In this document: positions 8,573 to 18,908 of the stretch, piece by piece
Layout of the letters: every line of letters starts with the position of its first letter
Numbering within the stretch: position 1 is the first letter of the stretch
Assembly (NCBI RefSeq): GCF_036383835.1
Contig: NZ_DASVNN010000012.1
Coordinates: forward strand, 26,424-58,423
DNA length: 32,000 nucleotides
From: Ramlibacter sp.
GTDB lineage: Bacteria > Pseudomonadota > Gammaproteobacteria > Burkholderiales > Burkholderiaceae_C
Direction of reading: 5' to 3'
Made by a program: the position numbers and the translations under genes
The notes under the pieces: model-generated
The model's input: the letters and a program-made list of their open reading frames with translations, nothing else
What the model was told of the DNA's origin: nothing
The model's database searches: none

Positions 8573-9304
8573 TCAATCCGCGTGCAAGGTCCCGTCGTGC
8601 AGGGCGCTGGCCACCAGCCATGCATCGGCCCCGGCGGAGGCCGATGCACGCAGGTCCGCGGCATCGCGCACGCCGCCGGCCCCGATCCAGGCACGGTCGG
8701 GCGCCAGGGCGCGCAGGCGCGTGAACGTGCCGAGGTCCGGACCGCTGCCCGCGCCCACGCGGTCGAGCGTCATCACGATCAGCGTGCGCGGCCACAGATC
8801 GGGCCGCTGCCAGCTGCCCGAAGGATCGAGCGGCCGCTCCAGCCGCGAGTCCAGCGACAGGATCGCGCCGGGATCCGCGGCGAGCTCGGCCAGCGCGGCG
8901 CCGCTGGCGAGCGACTCGCTGCCGTACACGGGGCGAACGCGTGCCGCCGCCGCGCCGAGCCCGGGCCTCAGCGCACGCACGGACGCCGGTCCGGCGAAGC
9001 CCGCATCGAGCCAGAGAACGAGTTCGGGCTGGGCGCGCAGCAAGTCGAGCAGCACGGAGACCTGGGCCGGACCGCCCTGGATCGCGTCGAGGTCGGCGAC
9101 GTACAGCACGGCCTCGCGTCCGGACGGCGGCGGGGCCGTCGCGCGCAGGGCCCGCGCGACGTCGACCGGCGCACTGCCGTCCACCAGCCGCGAGACGATG
9201 GGGCGGTAGGCATGGCGCTCGCCGCGCACGCCGCGGACCACCTGGCCGCGCAGGAGGTCGATCACGGGAATCACCTGGACCGGGACGACGGAGGAAGAAG
9301 GCAT
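8573..9304 (-). CDS. HisA/HisF-family (beta/alpha barrel) protein of the H4MPT-linked gene set
   Basis: The tail of ORF 8573..9970: MPSSSVVPVQVIPVIDLLRGQVVRGVRGERHAY...WIGAGGVRDAADL. The IPVIDL..G..VR start is HisA/F-like. GAGGA lies 7 nt upstream of the ATG at 9304. A GTG at 9274 is an alternative start. Confidence 0.72.
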   Translation of the reverse strand: MPSSSVVPVQVIPVIDLLRGQVVRGVRGERHAYRPIVSRLVDGSAPVDVARALRATAPPPSGREAVLYVADLDAIQGGPAQVSVLLDLLRAQPELVLWLDAGFAGPASVRALRPGLGAAAARVRPVYGSESLASGAALAELAADPGAILSLDSRLERPLDPSGSWQRPDLWPRTLIVMTLDRVGAGSGPDLGTFTRLRALAPDRAWIGAGGVRDAADLRASASAGADAWLVASALHDGTLHAD

Positions 9305-10298
9305 GGCGCGGATCCTCGTGTATGAGCCCTTGAGCGCCGGCGACCCCGAATCGACGGACGCACTGGGCCGCGACAGCCCGGCCCATGCCGGGATGCTCGC
9401 CGCGGGTCGCGCGATGCGCGACGCCGTGGCCGGCGACCTCGCACGGGTGGCGGGCACGACCGTGACGGTCGCGGTCGCGGAGCAAGAGGCAGGCCACCTC
9501 CACGGTCCGCAGGTCCGCGCGATCTCGCCGCTGCCGGGCGAAGGAGCGGTCGCCTTCGTGCGCAGGCAGGCGCCGCTGCACGAGCTGTGCTGGGTGATCG
9601 CGCCGGAGTCGGGCGGCCTGCTGTTGCGGCTGCGACGGGCCGTCGGCGCGGCGCGGTGGATCGGCTGCAGCGAGCAGGCGATCCGGCTGGCGGCGAGCAA
9701 GCGCGCCACCTGCGAGGTCCTGGCCGGCGCGGGCCTCCTCACGCCGCCGGCGTTCGCCGCGCGCCATCGCGGCGACTGGATCGTCAAGCCCGACGACGGC
9801 GCCGGCACCCTGGACACGCGCCGCCACGCCACGCGCGCTGCAGCGCACGCCGACCTGCAGCGGCGCCTGCAAGCCGGCCGGCCGGCGGTGATGGAACCCT
9901 TCGTGGACGGCGAACCGCTGTCGATCGCGACGATCGTCGGTCCGGTTCTTGCACACGCCCTTGCGTTCAACCGGCAGCGGCTGGAGCGCGATGCCGCCGG
10001 CTGGCTGCACGATCTCGGCGTGCAACCGGCGGCGATTCCACCGGCCGACCCTCGCGCCGTGCTGCTGCGGCCGCTGGCGGCCCGCGTCGCGGCCGCGATG
10101 CCCGGGCTGCGGGGCTATGTCGGTATCGACGTGGTGTGGAACGAAAGGACAGGACCGGTGGTCATCGAAGTCAATCCGCGCGTGACCTGCGCCTACGTGG
10201 GGCTCTCCGGAATCCTGCATCGCAATCTCGCGGCCGACGTCCTCGCCGTGCACCGGCGCGCCGGTGCGCAGGAGGCGGCCGGCCATGTCGCCGCATGA
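9303..10298 (+). CDS. ATP-grasp ligase (MfnD-like by context; methylofuran/H4MPT cofactor synthesis)
   Basis: 331 aa with WIVKPDDGAG and GYVGIDVVW...VVIEVNPRVT (ATP-grasp E-x-N). GGAGGA lies 7 nt upstream of the ATG. Confidence 0.7.
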   Translation: MARILVYEPLSAGDPESTDALGRDSPAHAGMLAAGRAMRDAVAGDLARVAGTTVTVAVAEQEAGHLHGPQVRAISPLPGEGAVAFVRRQAPLHELCWVIAPESGGLLLRLRRAVGAARWIGCSEQAIRLAASKRATCEVLAGAGLLTPPAFAARHRGDWIVKPDDGAGTLDTRRHATRAAAHADLQRRLQAGRPAVMEPFVDGEPLSIATIVGPVLAHALAFNRQRLERDAAGWLHDLGVQPAAIPPADPRAVLLRPLAARVAAAMPGLRGYVGIDVVWNERTGPVVIEVNPRVTCAYVGLSGILHRNLAADVLAVHRRAGAQEAAGHVAA

Positions 10299-11355
10299 GA
10301 CCGCGCGCCTGCAACTCGGCTGGGACATCGGCGGCGCCCACCTGAAGGCCTGCCTGCTCGAGGACGGCGCGGTGCGCGACATCGCCCAGTGGCCCTGTCC
10401 CCTGTGGCAGGGCATGCGGCACCTGGACGGCGCGCTGGCCCTGGCGCATTCGCGCTGGTCGAGGGCCTGGGACGGCGGCGCGGACCACGCCGCAACCATG
10501 TCCGGCGAGATGGTCGACCTGTTCCCGGACCGCGAGCACGGCGTGGCACGGATCGCCGGGCATCTCGCGCACTCCCTGGGTCCATCGCTCCTGCTGTTCG
10601 ACGCGGACGGCGGCTGGCGCGCCCCGCGCGAAGCCGCGGCGCGCTGGCGCGGCATCGCATCGGCCAACTGGTGCGCCACCGCGCGGGTGCTCGCGCCGCG
10701 CGTGGGCGACGCGCTGCTGGTGGACATCGGCAGCACCACCACCGACCTGATCCCCTTGCGCGCCGGCCGCGTGGCCGCCCGCGGCACCAGCGATGCGCAA
10801 CGGCTGGTCACCGGCGAACTGGTGTACCAGGGCGTGGTGCGCACGCCGCTCTGCGCGCTCGGACCCCGCGTGCGCTGGCGCCGCCGCCGGGTGAACGTGA
10901 TGAACGAGTTCTTCGCCAGCACGGCGGACGTCTATCGGCTCACCGGCGAACTGGAGCCCGAGCACGACCAGGCGCCCACCGCCGACGGGCGCGGCAAGGA
11001 CACGCAGGCCACCTGCCGGCGGCTCGCCCGCATGCTGGGTTGCGACGAGGGCGATGCGGACGAGCGCGACTGGCGGGCACTGGCCGCATGGTGGAAGGAC
11101 GTGCAGCTGGGAGAGATCCAGCGGCAGCTGGCGCGCGTGTGCGCGGACGCGGGACTGGGCGCCGGTGCGCCGATCGTCGGCGCGGGCTGCGGCGCCTTCC
11201 TCGCCGCGCAGCTGGCGCAGCGCGCGGGCCGGCCCTTCCTCCGCTACGCCGACCTCGCCCTGCCCGCTTCGGCCGCCCGGGCGGCGCTGGCGTCGTGGGC
11301 CGACGTCTGCGCACCGGCGGTGTCGGTGGCGCTGCTCGCCAGTGCCCGGGGATGA
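10285..11355 (+). CDS. Hydantoinase-A/ASKHA-like 'H4MPT-linked C1 transfer pathway protein' (Orf9 / MfnF-like)
   Basis: MSPHETARLQLGWDIGGAHLK and LLVDIGSTTTDLIPL are ASKHA-type phosphate-binding motifs. I chose the ATG at 10285 (GGAGG upstream) over the ATG at 10264. Confidence 0.7.
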   Translation: MSPHETARLQLGWDIGGAHLKACLLEDGAVRDIAQWPCPLWQGMRHLDGALALAHSRWSRAWDGGADHAATMSGEMVDLFPDREHGVARIAGHLAHSLGPSLLLFDADGGWRAPREAAARWRGIASANWCATARVLAPRVGDALLVDIGSTTTDLIPLRAGRVAARGTSDAQRLVTGELVYQGVVRTPLCALGPRVRWRRRRVNVMNEFFASTADVYRLTGELEPEHDQAPTADGRGKDTQATCRRLARMLGCDEGDADERDWRALAAWWKDVQLGEIQRQLARVCADAGLGAGAPIVGAGCGAFLAAQLAQRAGRPFLRYADLALPASAARAALASWADVCAPAVSVALLASARG

Positions 11356-11358
11356 AGC

Positions 11359-12036
11359 ATGTGGATCGTCAAGCTGGGCGGCAGTCTCGCGCATGACCTG
11401 CGCCTCGCGCGCTGGCTGGCAATGCTGGCCGAACTGGGTGGCGGCCGCGTCACGGTGGTGCCCGGCGGCGGCGCCTTCGCCGATGCGGTGCGGGCTTCGC
11501 AACAGCACTGGCAGTTCGCCGACCTCGCGGCGCACAACATGGCCGTGCTCGCGATGGCGCAGACGGCGCACCTGTTCCATGCGCTCGAACCCCGCCTGAC
11601 CCTCGCCGCCGACGAGGCCGGCATCCGCCGCACGCTGCACGCCGGCCAGCCCGCGCTGTGGCTGCCCTTCATGGTGCTGCGCGATGCCCCGGACGTGCTC
11701 ACGAGCTGGGAGGTCACGAGCGACAGCCTCGCGCTCTGGCTGGCCCGCCTGCTCAACGCCGAACGCCTGGTGGTGGTCAAGGGCTGCAAGGTCCGCTCGG
11801 GAAGCACGCTCGCGGAACTGGGCGCCGACGGCGTGCTCGACACCCGTTTCGACCAGTGGTCCCGCGACGCACCTTTTCCCATCGACGTCGTCGAGTGCGA
11901 TTCCGTCGAGCTGGTGCGCGATGCCTTGCTGGGCGGTCCCTCGCTCGCGCCACCGCCGCCGCCGGAAGCCCTCGCCTCAGGCCGTCGCCAGCCGCCCGTG
12001 GCCCGCGCCCGCGCCCGCCGCAAACCGTCCGCGTAG
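11359..12036 (+). CDS. Amino-acid-kinase-fold protein (Orf20 / MfnE-like kinase)
   Basis: MWIVKLGGSL (K-x-GGS), VVPGGGAFAD and SDSLALWLA are characteristic of the aspartate/glutamate/uridylate kinase fold. 225 aa. The low-complexity C-terminal tail overlaps the next gene. Confidence 0.72.
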   Translation: MWIVKLGGSLAHDLRLARWLAMLAELGGGRVTVVPGGGAFADAVRASQQHWQFADLAAHNMAVLAMAQTAHLFHALEPRLTLAADEAGIRRTLHAGQPALWLPFMVLRDAPDVLTSWEVTSDSLALWLARLLNAERLVVVKGCKVRSGSTLAELGADGVLDTRFDQWSRDAPFPIDVVECDSVELVRDALLGGPSLAPPPPPEALASGRRQPPVARARARRKPSA

Positions 12037-12708
12037 CTGGCGCACGAGGAGCGGATCGAGCACGCCCGCGCGGCCTCCGCGGGTCACTGCGCCGCGAAAG
12101 CCGGCGAAATCGGGAGCCAGGGCCAGCAGCGCAGCGGCATCGTCCATGCGCAAGGACCCGGCCAGGCCGGCCAGCATGCCGCGCGAGCGCACCGCGGCCA
12201 CGAAGGACGCCAGTGTCGCCGCCGGCACGCGCTGCAGCAGGCTGCCGCCCCGCTTGGTGGCCGTGTCGACCATCAGGCCCGGAAAGCTTCCGCGCGCCAG
12301 CGCGTGGTCGACCAGTCCCGCGTCCAGGCCCTCGTCCACCAGCAGGACCGGCACGATGCTCTCCGTGCGATCGGCCAGCGCATCCAGCAGCGAGGTCACG
12401 CGCCCGGGCGCCTCCGGCGTGGGCCACAGGCCGACCTTCACGTAGTCGACGCCGCGGGATGCGACGCGCCCGACCCGCCGCAGGATCTCGTCGGCCTGCT
12501 CCGCGGGCAGGTCGCCCACCGTCGCACTGATCGGAAGGCCGGGGTAGCGCGTGCGCAGCACGGACACGATCCGTGCGATGCGTTCCGGGGCGAGCCCGCC
12601 CAGCGCGCCATCGGCCGGCTCCTTGAGGTCGATGAGGTCCGCCCCGGCCCCGGCGGCGGCGAGCGCCTCGTCCACGTCGCGCACGCTGACCAGCAGGCGC
12701 ACCATCAT
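11977..12708 (-). CDS. mfnB: MfnB-like (DUF556/OrfY) furan-phosphate synthase homologue
   Basis: The tail of ORF 11977..13020: MMVRLLVSVRDVDEALAAAGAGADLIDLKEP...YVKVG...LAGSL, a class I aldolase-like DUF556 pattern. ATGA overlap with the upstream gene. Confidence 0.75.
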   Translation of the reverse strand: MMVRLLVSVRDVDEALAAAGAGADLIDLKEPADGALGGLAPERIARIVSVLRTRYPGLPISATVGDLPAEQADEILRRVGRVASRGVDYVKVGLWPTPEAPGRVTSLLDALADRTESIVPVLLVDEGLDAGLVDHALARGSFPGLMVDTATKRGGSLLQRVPAATLASFVAAVRSRGMLAGLAGSLRMDDAAALLALAPDFAGFRGAVTRGGRAGVLDPLLVRQLRGRFAAGAGAGHGRLATA

Positions 12709-13292
12709 GCTTCTCCCAGTGCGGCGGCCGGCTGCCGCGCGACCGCTTCCTGCAGCCAGCCCCAGGCTTCCCGCTCCGGCGCGCCGGCGGTCTTGTCCAC
12801 GGCGATCTGCAGGCAGGCCATTTCGCCCTCGATCTTCTCGCGCGGCAGCAGGTGCAGGCGGCTGACCAGCACGGCCCCCTCGATGACGGCCGCCTGCGCG
12901 CGGTTGAAGCCGGGAAAGGCGGAGTGCTGCACTTCGTGCACGCGGGCCAGCCGCAGCGTCGGCCGCTGCGCATCGTCGGCCAGTGCGAGCAGGCGCAGCA
13001 GCACGTGCGCGTGGGCGCATTCCAGCCGCACCGCCGCGGCCCCGTCGACACCGGCCACCGGCAGCGTCGGCCAGTCGTGGCGGCCGGTGACGCAGCCGGC
13101 GAACACGCGCACGTCGGTCAGCAGATTGAGCACCGCCGTGCGCGTGCGCGTGACGTTGTCCAGCGTGCGCGACGGGCGAAAAGGCTTCAGCACCACCTCG
13201 CCGGCGGCATAGCGCACGCCCATGGGCGCGACGTGCACCGCGCCTTCGGGCGAGCAGGTGGTGACGACGGTCTCGAAGATGCGGTCGTTCAT
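12705..13292 (-). CDS. DUF447 (Orf22) FMN-binding split-barrel-like protein of the H4MPT gene set
   Basis: The tail of ORF 12705..14720: MNDRIFETVVTTCSPEGAVHVAPMGVRY... 195 aa. ATGA overlap with the upstream gene. Confidence 0.68.
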   Translation of the reverse strand: MNDRIFETVVTTCSPEGAVHVAPMGVRYAAGEVVLKPFRPSRTLDNVTRTRTAVLNLLTDVRVFAGCVTGRHDWPTLPVAGVDGAAAVRLECAHAHVLLRLLALADDAQRPTLRLARVHEVQHSAFPGFNRAQAAVIEGAVLVSRLHLLPREKIEGEMACLQIAVDKTAGAPEREAWGWLQEAVARQPAAALGEA

Positions 13293-14692
13293 GGCGTCCC
13301 CCGGTGGGTCATCGTCGTACCCGTGGCCTGCCAGCGCTGCAGGTCCTGCGCTTCCCCGTCCACCGCGCAGCCCCAGTCCAGCGGCTGGTCCTGCACGTAG
13401 CGCTTGCCGAGTTGCCAGGCGATCTGCGCCCGCGCGACTTCCACGCCCATGTAGAAGGCGTGGCCGGCATCGTTCTCGAGCCGCAGCTGCGGCCACAGCG
13501 CGAAGGGGTCGCGCCCGACGCGCAGCCCTTCGCGGTTGTAGACGTGCACGCCCTGCTGCGAGACCTGCACCCGGAAGTTCGGGTCGCGCACTTGCCGCGC
13601 GAGCGCGGCGATCTCCTCGGGTCCGTCGGGAAACGGGCTCCTGGCGTGCACCGTCATCAGCTGGTCGCTGAGGCCCTTGGGCAGCATCCGCTGCGACACC
13701 GCCGCGTGCATGATGCGCCGCGCCCAGTCGGCCTCGCGCACGGCGCGCCGCGTGTGCGGGCTGACCTGCGTCGTCAGCACCGCGCTCGCGCCCAGTTCGG
13801 CGGCGATGCCCATCATCACCGCGTTGATCCCGGTGGAGTCGGCCTCGACGAGTTCGGTGATGTTGCCGATCCCCATCAGGATGGGCGCCCGCGGGAAGCG
13901 CTCGCGCAGCCGCTGGTAGCGCACCAGCGAGGCCAGCAGGCCATAGGGGATGGGGTCGAGGATCGCATCGGCGAGGTAGGCCCGGCCGCTGCGCTCCATC
14001 CGCTCCATCGCGTCCCACAGCGAGGCTGCGTCCTGCGGCGTGCGCCCGATCAGGACGGGCGTGGCGCCGACCTCCTGCGCGATCCACAAGGTGTCCGACG
14101 TGAGGCTCAGCAGGTAGTCGGCGCCGGCGCGGCCGCCGCGCAGCAGTTCGGCCGTGTCCAGCGAATCCACGCTGACGCGCAGGCCCCGTTCCTTCAGCGC
14201 CCGCACGCTGTCCTCCAGGTGCGGGAACGCGGTGTCGGGCAGGCCGCCGAGGTCGATCACGTCGGCGCCGTCGGCCGCATGCGCGAGCGCGCGCTCCACG
14301 ATGGCATCGACGCCCAGTCGCGGCGCATCGACGATCTCGGCGAAGATGGCGATCGCATACGCGTCGAGGGTGACGGGCCGGGCCGCGCGGCTGAAGAACT
14401 GCGGCAGGTCCTTGAGTTCCTCCGGGCCGCGCTGCACCGGCATCCCGAAGTGCGCAGCCAGCGCCTCGACGTCGCCGCGGCAGCGCCCCGGCAGCAGGAT
14501 GCGGTCCGCGGCGACCGGCAAGGCGACACGCCGCCGCACCATGTCGGCGGTCATGAGCGCGGCCACCTGCAGGCCGATCTCGCGCACTTCCCAGGTGAAC
14601 GGCGCGTCGCTTCCGGCCGCCGCGAGCTGCTCCAGCACCCGCCGCAGCGCCGGCTCGGCGAGGCGCCCCGTCAGGAAGAGGATGCGTTCCAT
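13289..14692 (-). CDS. Dihydropteroate-synthase-related protein (Orf21), pterin-binding domain
   Basis: The tail of ORF 13289..14956 from MERILFLTGRLAE. GADVIDLGG and RVSVDSLD resemble the DHPS GADIIDIGG / ISVDT motifs. 467 aa. Confidence 0.78.
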   Translation of the reverse strand: MERILFLTGRLAEPALRRVLEQLAAAGSDAPFTWEVREIGLQVAALMTADMVRRRVALPVAADRILLPGRCRGDVEALAAHFGMPVQRGPEELKDLPQFFSRAARPVTLDAYAIAIFAEIVDAPRLGVDAIVERALAHAADGADVIDLGGLPDTAFPHLEDSVRALKERGLRVSVDSLDTAELLRGGRAGADYLLSLTSDTLWIAQEVGATPVLIGRTPQDAASLWDAMERMERSGRAYLADAILDPIPYGLLASLVRYQRLRERFPRAPILMGIGNITELVEADSTGINAVMMGIAAELGASAVLTTQVSPHTRRAVREADWARRIMHAAVSQRMLPKGLSDQLMTVHARSPFPDGPEEIAALARQVRDPNFRVQVSQQGVHVYNREGLRVGRDPFALWPQLRLENDAGHAFYMGVEVARAQIAWQLGKRYVQDQPLDWGCAVDGEAQDLQRWQATGTTMTHRGTP

Positions 14693-15242
14693 GCCAGGTG
14701 CAGCGCCCGCAACCGGGCATCGAGGACGGCCTCGAGCTCGGGCACCGAACAGACGACGCTGCACCCGTCGAAGGCGCGCAGCCGCTGGACGTTGTCGAAC
14801 TCGATGCGGCGCGGGCGCAGCGTCACCTCCTCGCGCGGCGCCTGCGTGATGACGACGGGCTCGGTGTCGCAGGCGAACACGATGCCCTGGATGCCCAGCT
14901 TGCCGGCCTGGGCGAACATGTTGGTGGGCAGCGTGTCGCTGATGCCCAGGGCGCACTTCGCCACCGTGTTGCTGGTGGCCGGCGCGATCACCAGCGTGTG
15001 ATAGCGCTCGTGGTACAGGAAGCCCACCGGCACGGCGCTCGCGCTGCGGTCGGTGAAGATGCGGAAGTTCTCGCGCAGCACGTCCAGCCGCAGGCCGTAC
15101 ATCGGCAGGATCTCCTCCGCCGCCGCCGACAGGAAGAGGTCGACGCGCGGCAGCCGCTGCGCCACCGCCAGCGACTCCGGCAGGAAATGGCCGGAGCCGG
15201 TCAGCGCCCAGGCGAACCGGCCGCCCGGGGCGGCGGCATCGC

Positions 15243-15246
<4 letters not shown>
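14671..15246 (-). CDS. AfpA/DmrB-like flavoprotein (candidate dihydromethanopterin reductase)
   Basis: FAWALTGSGHFLPES and VIAPATSNTVAKCALGISDTL are flavoprotein (PF02441-type) motifs. There is no in-frame ATG, GTG or TTG for about 100 codons upstream of the conserved N-terminus. The start is placed at the CTG 15246-15244, which overlaps the regulator stop (CTGA), so it is uncertain. Confidence 0.65.
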
Positions 15247-17219
<1,973 letters not shown>

Positions 17220-17270
17220 CGATGTCCCCTCGCTCCCCGGCGGATGCATCCGGGCAGTACGCCTTCATTC

Positions 17271-17295
17271 TGGAACACTCTGTCGAGTGTTTCCA
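17271..17295. promoter_or_regulatory. Inverted repeat TGGAACACTC-tgtc-GAGTGTTTCCA; candidate activator-binding site (UAS)
   Basis: Perfect 7-bp arms AACACTC/GAGTGTT with a 4-nt spacer, extended by TGG/CCA with one extra base. It is centred about 65 nt upstream of the predicted sigma-54 transcription start, in the divergent regulator/folB-like gap. Confidence 0.4.
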
Positions 17296-17321
17296 CAAGG
17301 ATTTGTGAATGTCCGTTCCAG

Positions 17322-17337
17322 TGGCCCGCAAGTTGCT
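17322..17337 (+). promoter_or_regulatory. Sigma-54 (-24/-12) promoter heading the plus-strand folB-like/mptG/mtdB... genes
   Basis: gTGGCCCgcaagTTGCTttt is TGGCAC-N5-TTGCW with one mismatch. The predicted start near 17348 leaves a 29-nt leader that contains GAGGGGGA before the ATG at 17377. Confidence 0.6.
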
Positions 17338-17376
17338 TTTCAGCCCGCAGCACGACGGGATGCTCGAGGGGGATCC

Positions 17377-17865
17377 ATGTTCCAGGCCCTGGACCGTACC
17401 GACGATTTCCACTTCCCCGGATCCTCCGGGCAGGAGCCGCTGGACCTCGTCTTCATCGAAGGCTTCAGCGGCGAGACGGTGATCGGCATCCACGACAGCG
17501 AGATGCACGCACCGCAGCCGGTCATCATCGACCTGTGTGCCGGCATTCCCCGAGTGCTCGCCTGCGAGACCGACCGCATCGCCGACACCATCGACTACGG
17601 CGCGCTGCGGGAACGCCTGCAGCGCCTGCTGCGCGAGCACGGCGTGCAGCTGCTGGAAGCCCTGGCCGAACAGGTCGCGCGGATCGCGATCGACGAATTC
17701 CACGCCCACTGGGTGCGCGTGCGCGTGGTCAAGCCGCGCAAGTTCGAGGACACGGCCGCCGTGGGCGTGCTGATCGAGCGCAGGCGGCCCGTGCCGTCGC
17801 CGGCCGCGGCGCGCGCGGCGACCTTGAGGCTCATCGGCCACGGCCTGGTGCCGGGAGGGCGTTGA
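17377..17865 (+). CDS. Dihydroneopterin-aldolase-like (FolB family, Orf17) protein
   Basis: The tail of ORF 17014..17865: ...LDLVFIEGFSGETVIGIHDSEMHAPQPVIIDL...DTIDYGALRERL...EALAEQVA, a FolB-type pattern with extra N- and C-terminal residues. Confidence 0.72.
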   Translation: MFQALDRTDDFHFPGSSGQEPLDLVFIEGFSGETVIGIHDSEMHAPQPVIIDLCAGIPRVLACETDRIADTIDYGALRERLQRLLREHGVQLLEALAEQVARIAIDEFHAHWVRVRVVKPRKFEDTAAVGVLIERRRPVPSPAAARAATLRLIGHGLVPGGR

Positions 17866-17874
17866 GGAAAGAAG

Positions 17875-18903
17875 ATGCAGGCCGCGCACGACACCGAGCT
17901 GCGAGCGGTCACGCCATTCCCCGCTGTTGCGAGAGCGCGGGTGCAGGCATCGTCGCGGCTGCACCTGGGTTTCCTGGATCCGGCGGGCAGCCTCGGACGG
18001 CCCTTCGGCAGCCTCGGGCTGGCGATCGATGCAGCCGACACCGTCGTCGAGCTGGCTGAAGGACGCGCCGACACCTTCGACGGCTTCGCCGGCGGCACTG
18101 CGACGCTGGAACGCGCACTCCGCCACGTGGAAGCACTCCGCCATGCGACAGGTTGCCGCACCCCGGTGAACTTGCGCCTGCGGAGCGCGCCGCCCGCGCA
18201 CGTCGGCCTGGGCTCGGGCACCCAGCTCGCACTCGCGGTGGGACGCGCCTTCTGCGTGGCTTTCGGGATGGAGATGACGAACGCGCAGCTCGCCGCCACG
18301 CTGGGCCGGGGCGCACGTTCAGGGGTCGGCATCGCCGGGTTCGACCGCGGCGGCCTGCTGCTCGACGGCGGACCGCGCGCGGACGGTGCGCCCGCGGCGC
18401 TGCTGGCGCGCATTGCCCTGCCGGCCGAATGGCGGGTGCTCGTGGTGCTCGATGCGCGCGCACGGGGACTCAGCGGCGCGGACGAGAAGGCAGCCCTGTC
18501 GGCGCTGGCGCCGCTGCCGCGCGAGGCCGCCGCGGAGATCTGCCACCAGGTGCTGATGCGCATCCTGCCCGGCGCGGCCGGCGGCGAGTTCGCCCCCTTC
18601 GCCGCCGGGGTGAGCCGCATGCAGGAACTGCTGGGGCAGCATTTCGCGCCCGCGCAGGCGGGCCGGCCGTTCACCAGCGAAGCGGTGGGCCGGCTGCTGC
18701 AGTGGATCGGCGCTCATGCGGCCGCCGGCACCGGACAGAGTTCGTGGGGCCCGACCGGCTTCGCATTCCTGCCCTCGGAGCCCGAAGCGCACAGGATCGT
18801 GGCCGCGGCCCGCGACGCCGGCGCCCTCGATCCTGCCCTCGAGATCCTCGTGGTCCGCGCGCGCAACCACGGGGCGCTGGTGTCCGGCGCGCGCAAGGGG
18901 TGA
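17875..18903 (+). CDS. mptG: Beta-ribofuranosylaminobenzene 5'-phosphate synthase (GHMP-kinase fold)
   Basis: PPAHVGLGSGTQLALAVGRA is the GHMP motif, and SSRLHLGFLD is the N-terminal pattern. 342 aa. Confidence 0.82.
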   Translation: MQAAHDTELRAVTPFPAVARARVQASSRLHLGFLDPAGSLGRPFGSLGLAIDAADTVVELAEGRADTFDGFAGGTATLERALRHVEALRHATGCRTPVNLRLRSAPPAHVGLGSGTQLALAVGRAFCVAFGMEMTNAQLAATLGRGARSGVGIAGFDRGGLLLDGGPRADGAPAALLARIALPAEWRVLVVLDARARGLSGADEKAALSALAPLPREAAAEICHQVLMRILPGAAGGEFAPFAAGVSRMQELLGQHFAPAQAGRPFTSEAVGRLLQWIGAHAAAGTGQSSWGPTGFAFLPSEPEAHRIVAAARDAGALDPALEILVVRARNHGALVSGARKG

Positions 18904-18908
18904 CGACC

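Noticed and set aside
8400-10922. Upstream 841 codons of the 1252-aa ORF that contains fhcB
   Set aside because: Only the part from the GTG at 8399 is FwdB-like. The rest crosses an intergenic gap and runs through other, better-supported genes in a low-complexity frame.
17220-17249. Regulator start at the ATG at 17249 (MHPPGSEGTS...)
   Set aside because: The second ATG (17219) has a well-placed GAGGGGA and the first has none. The difference is only 10 codons and does not affect the call.
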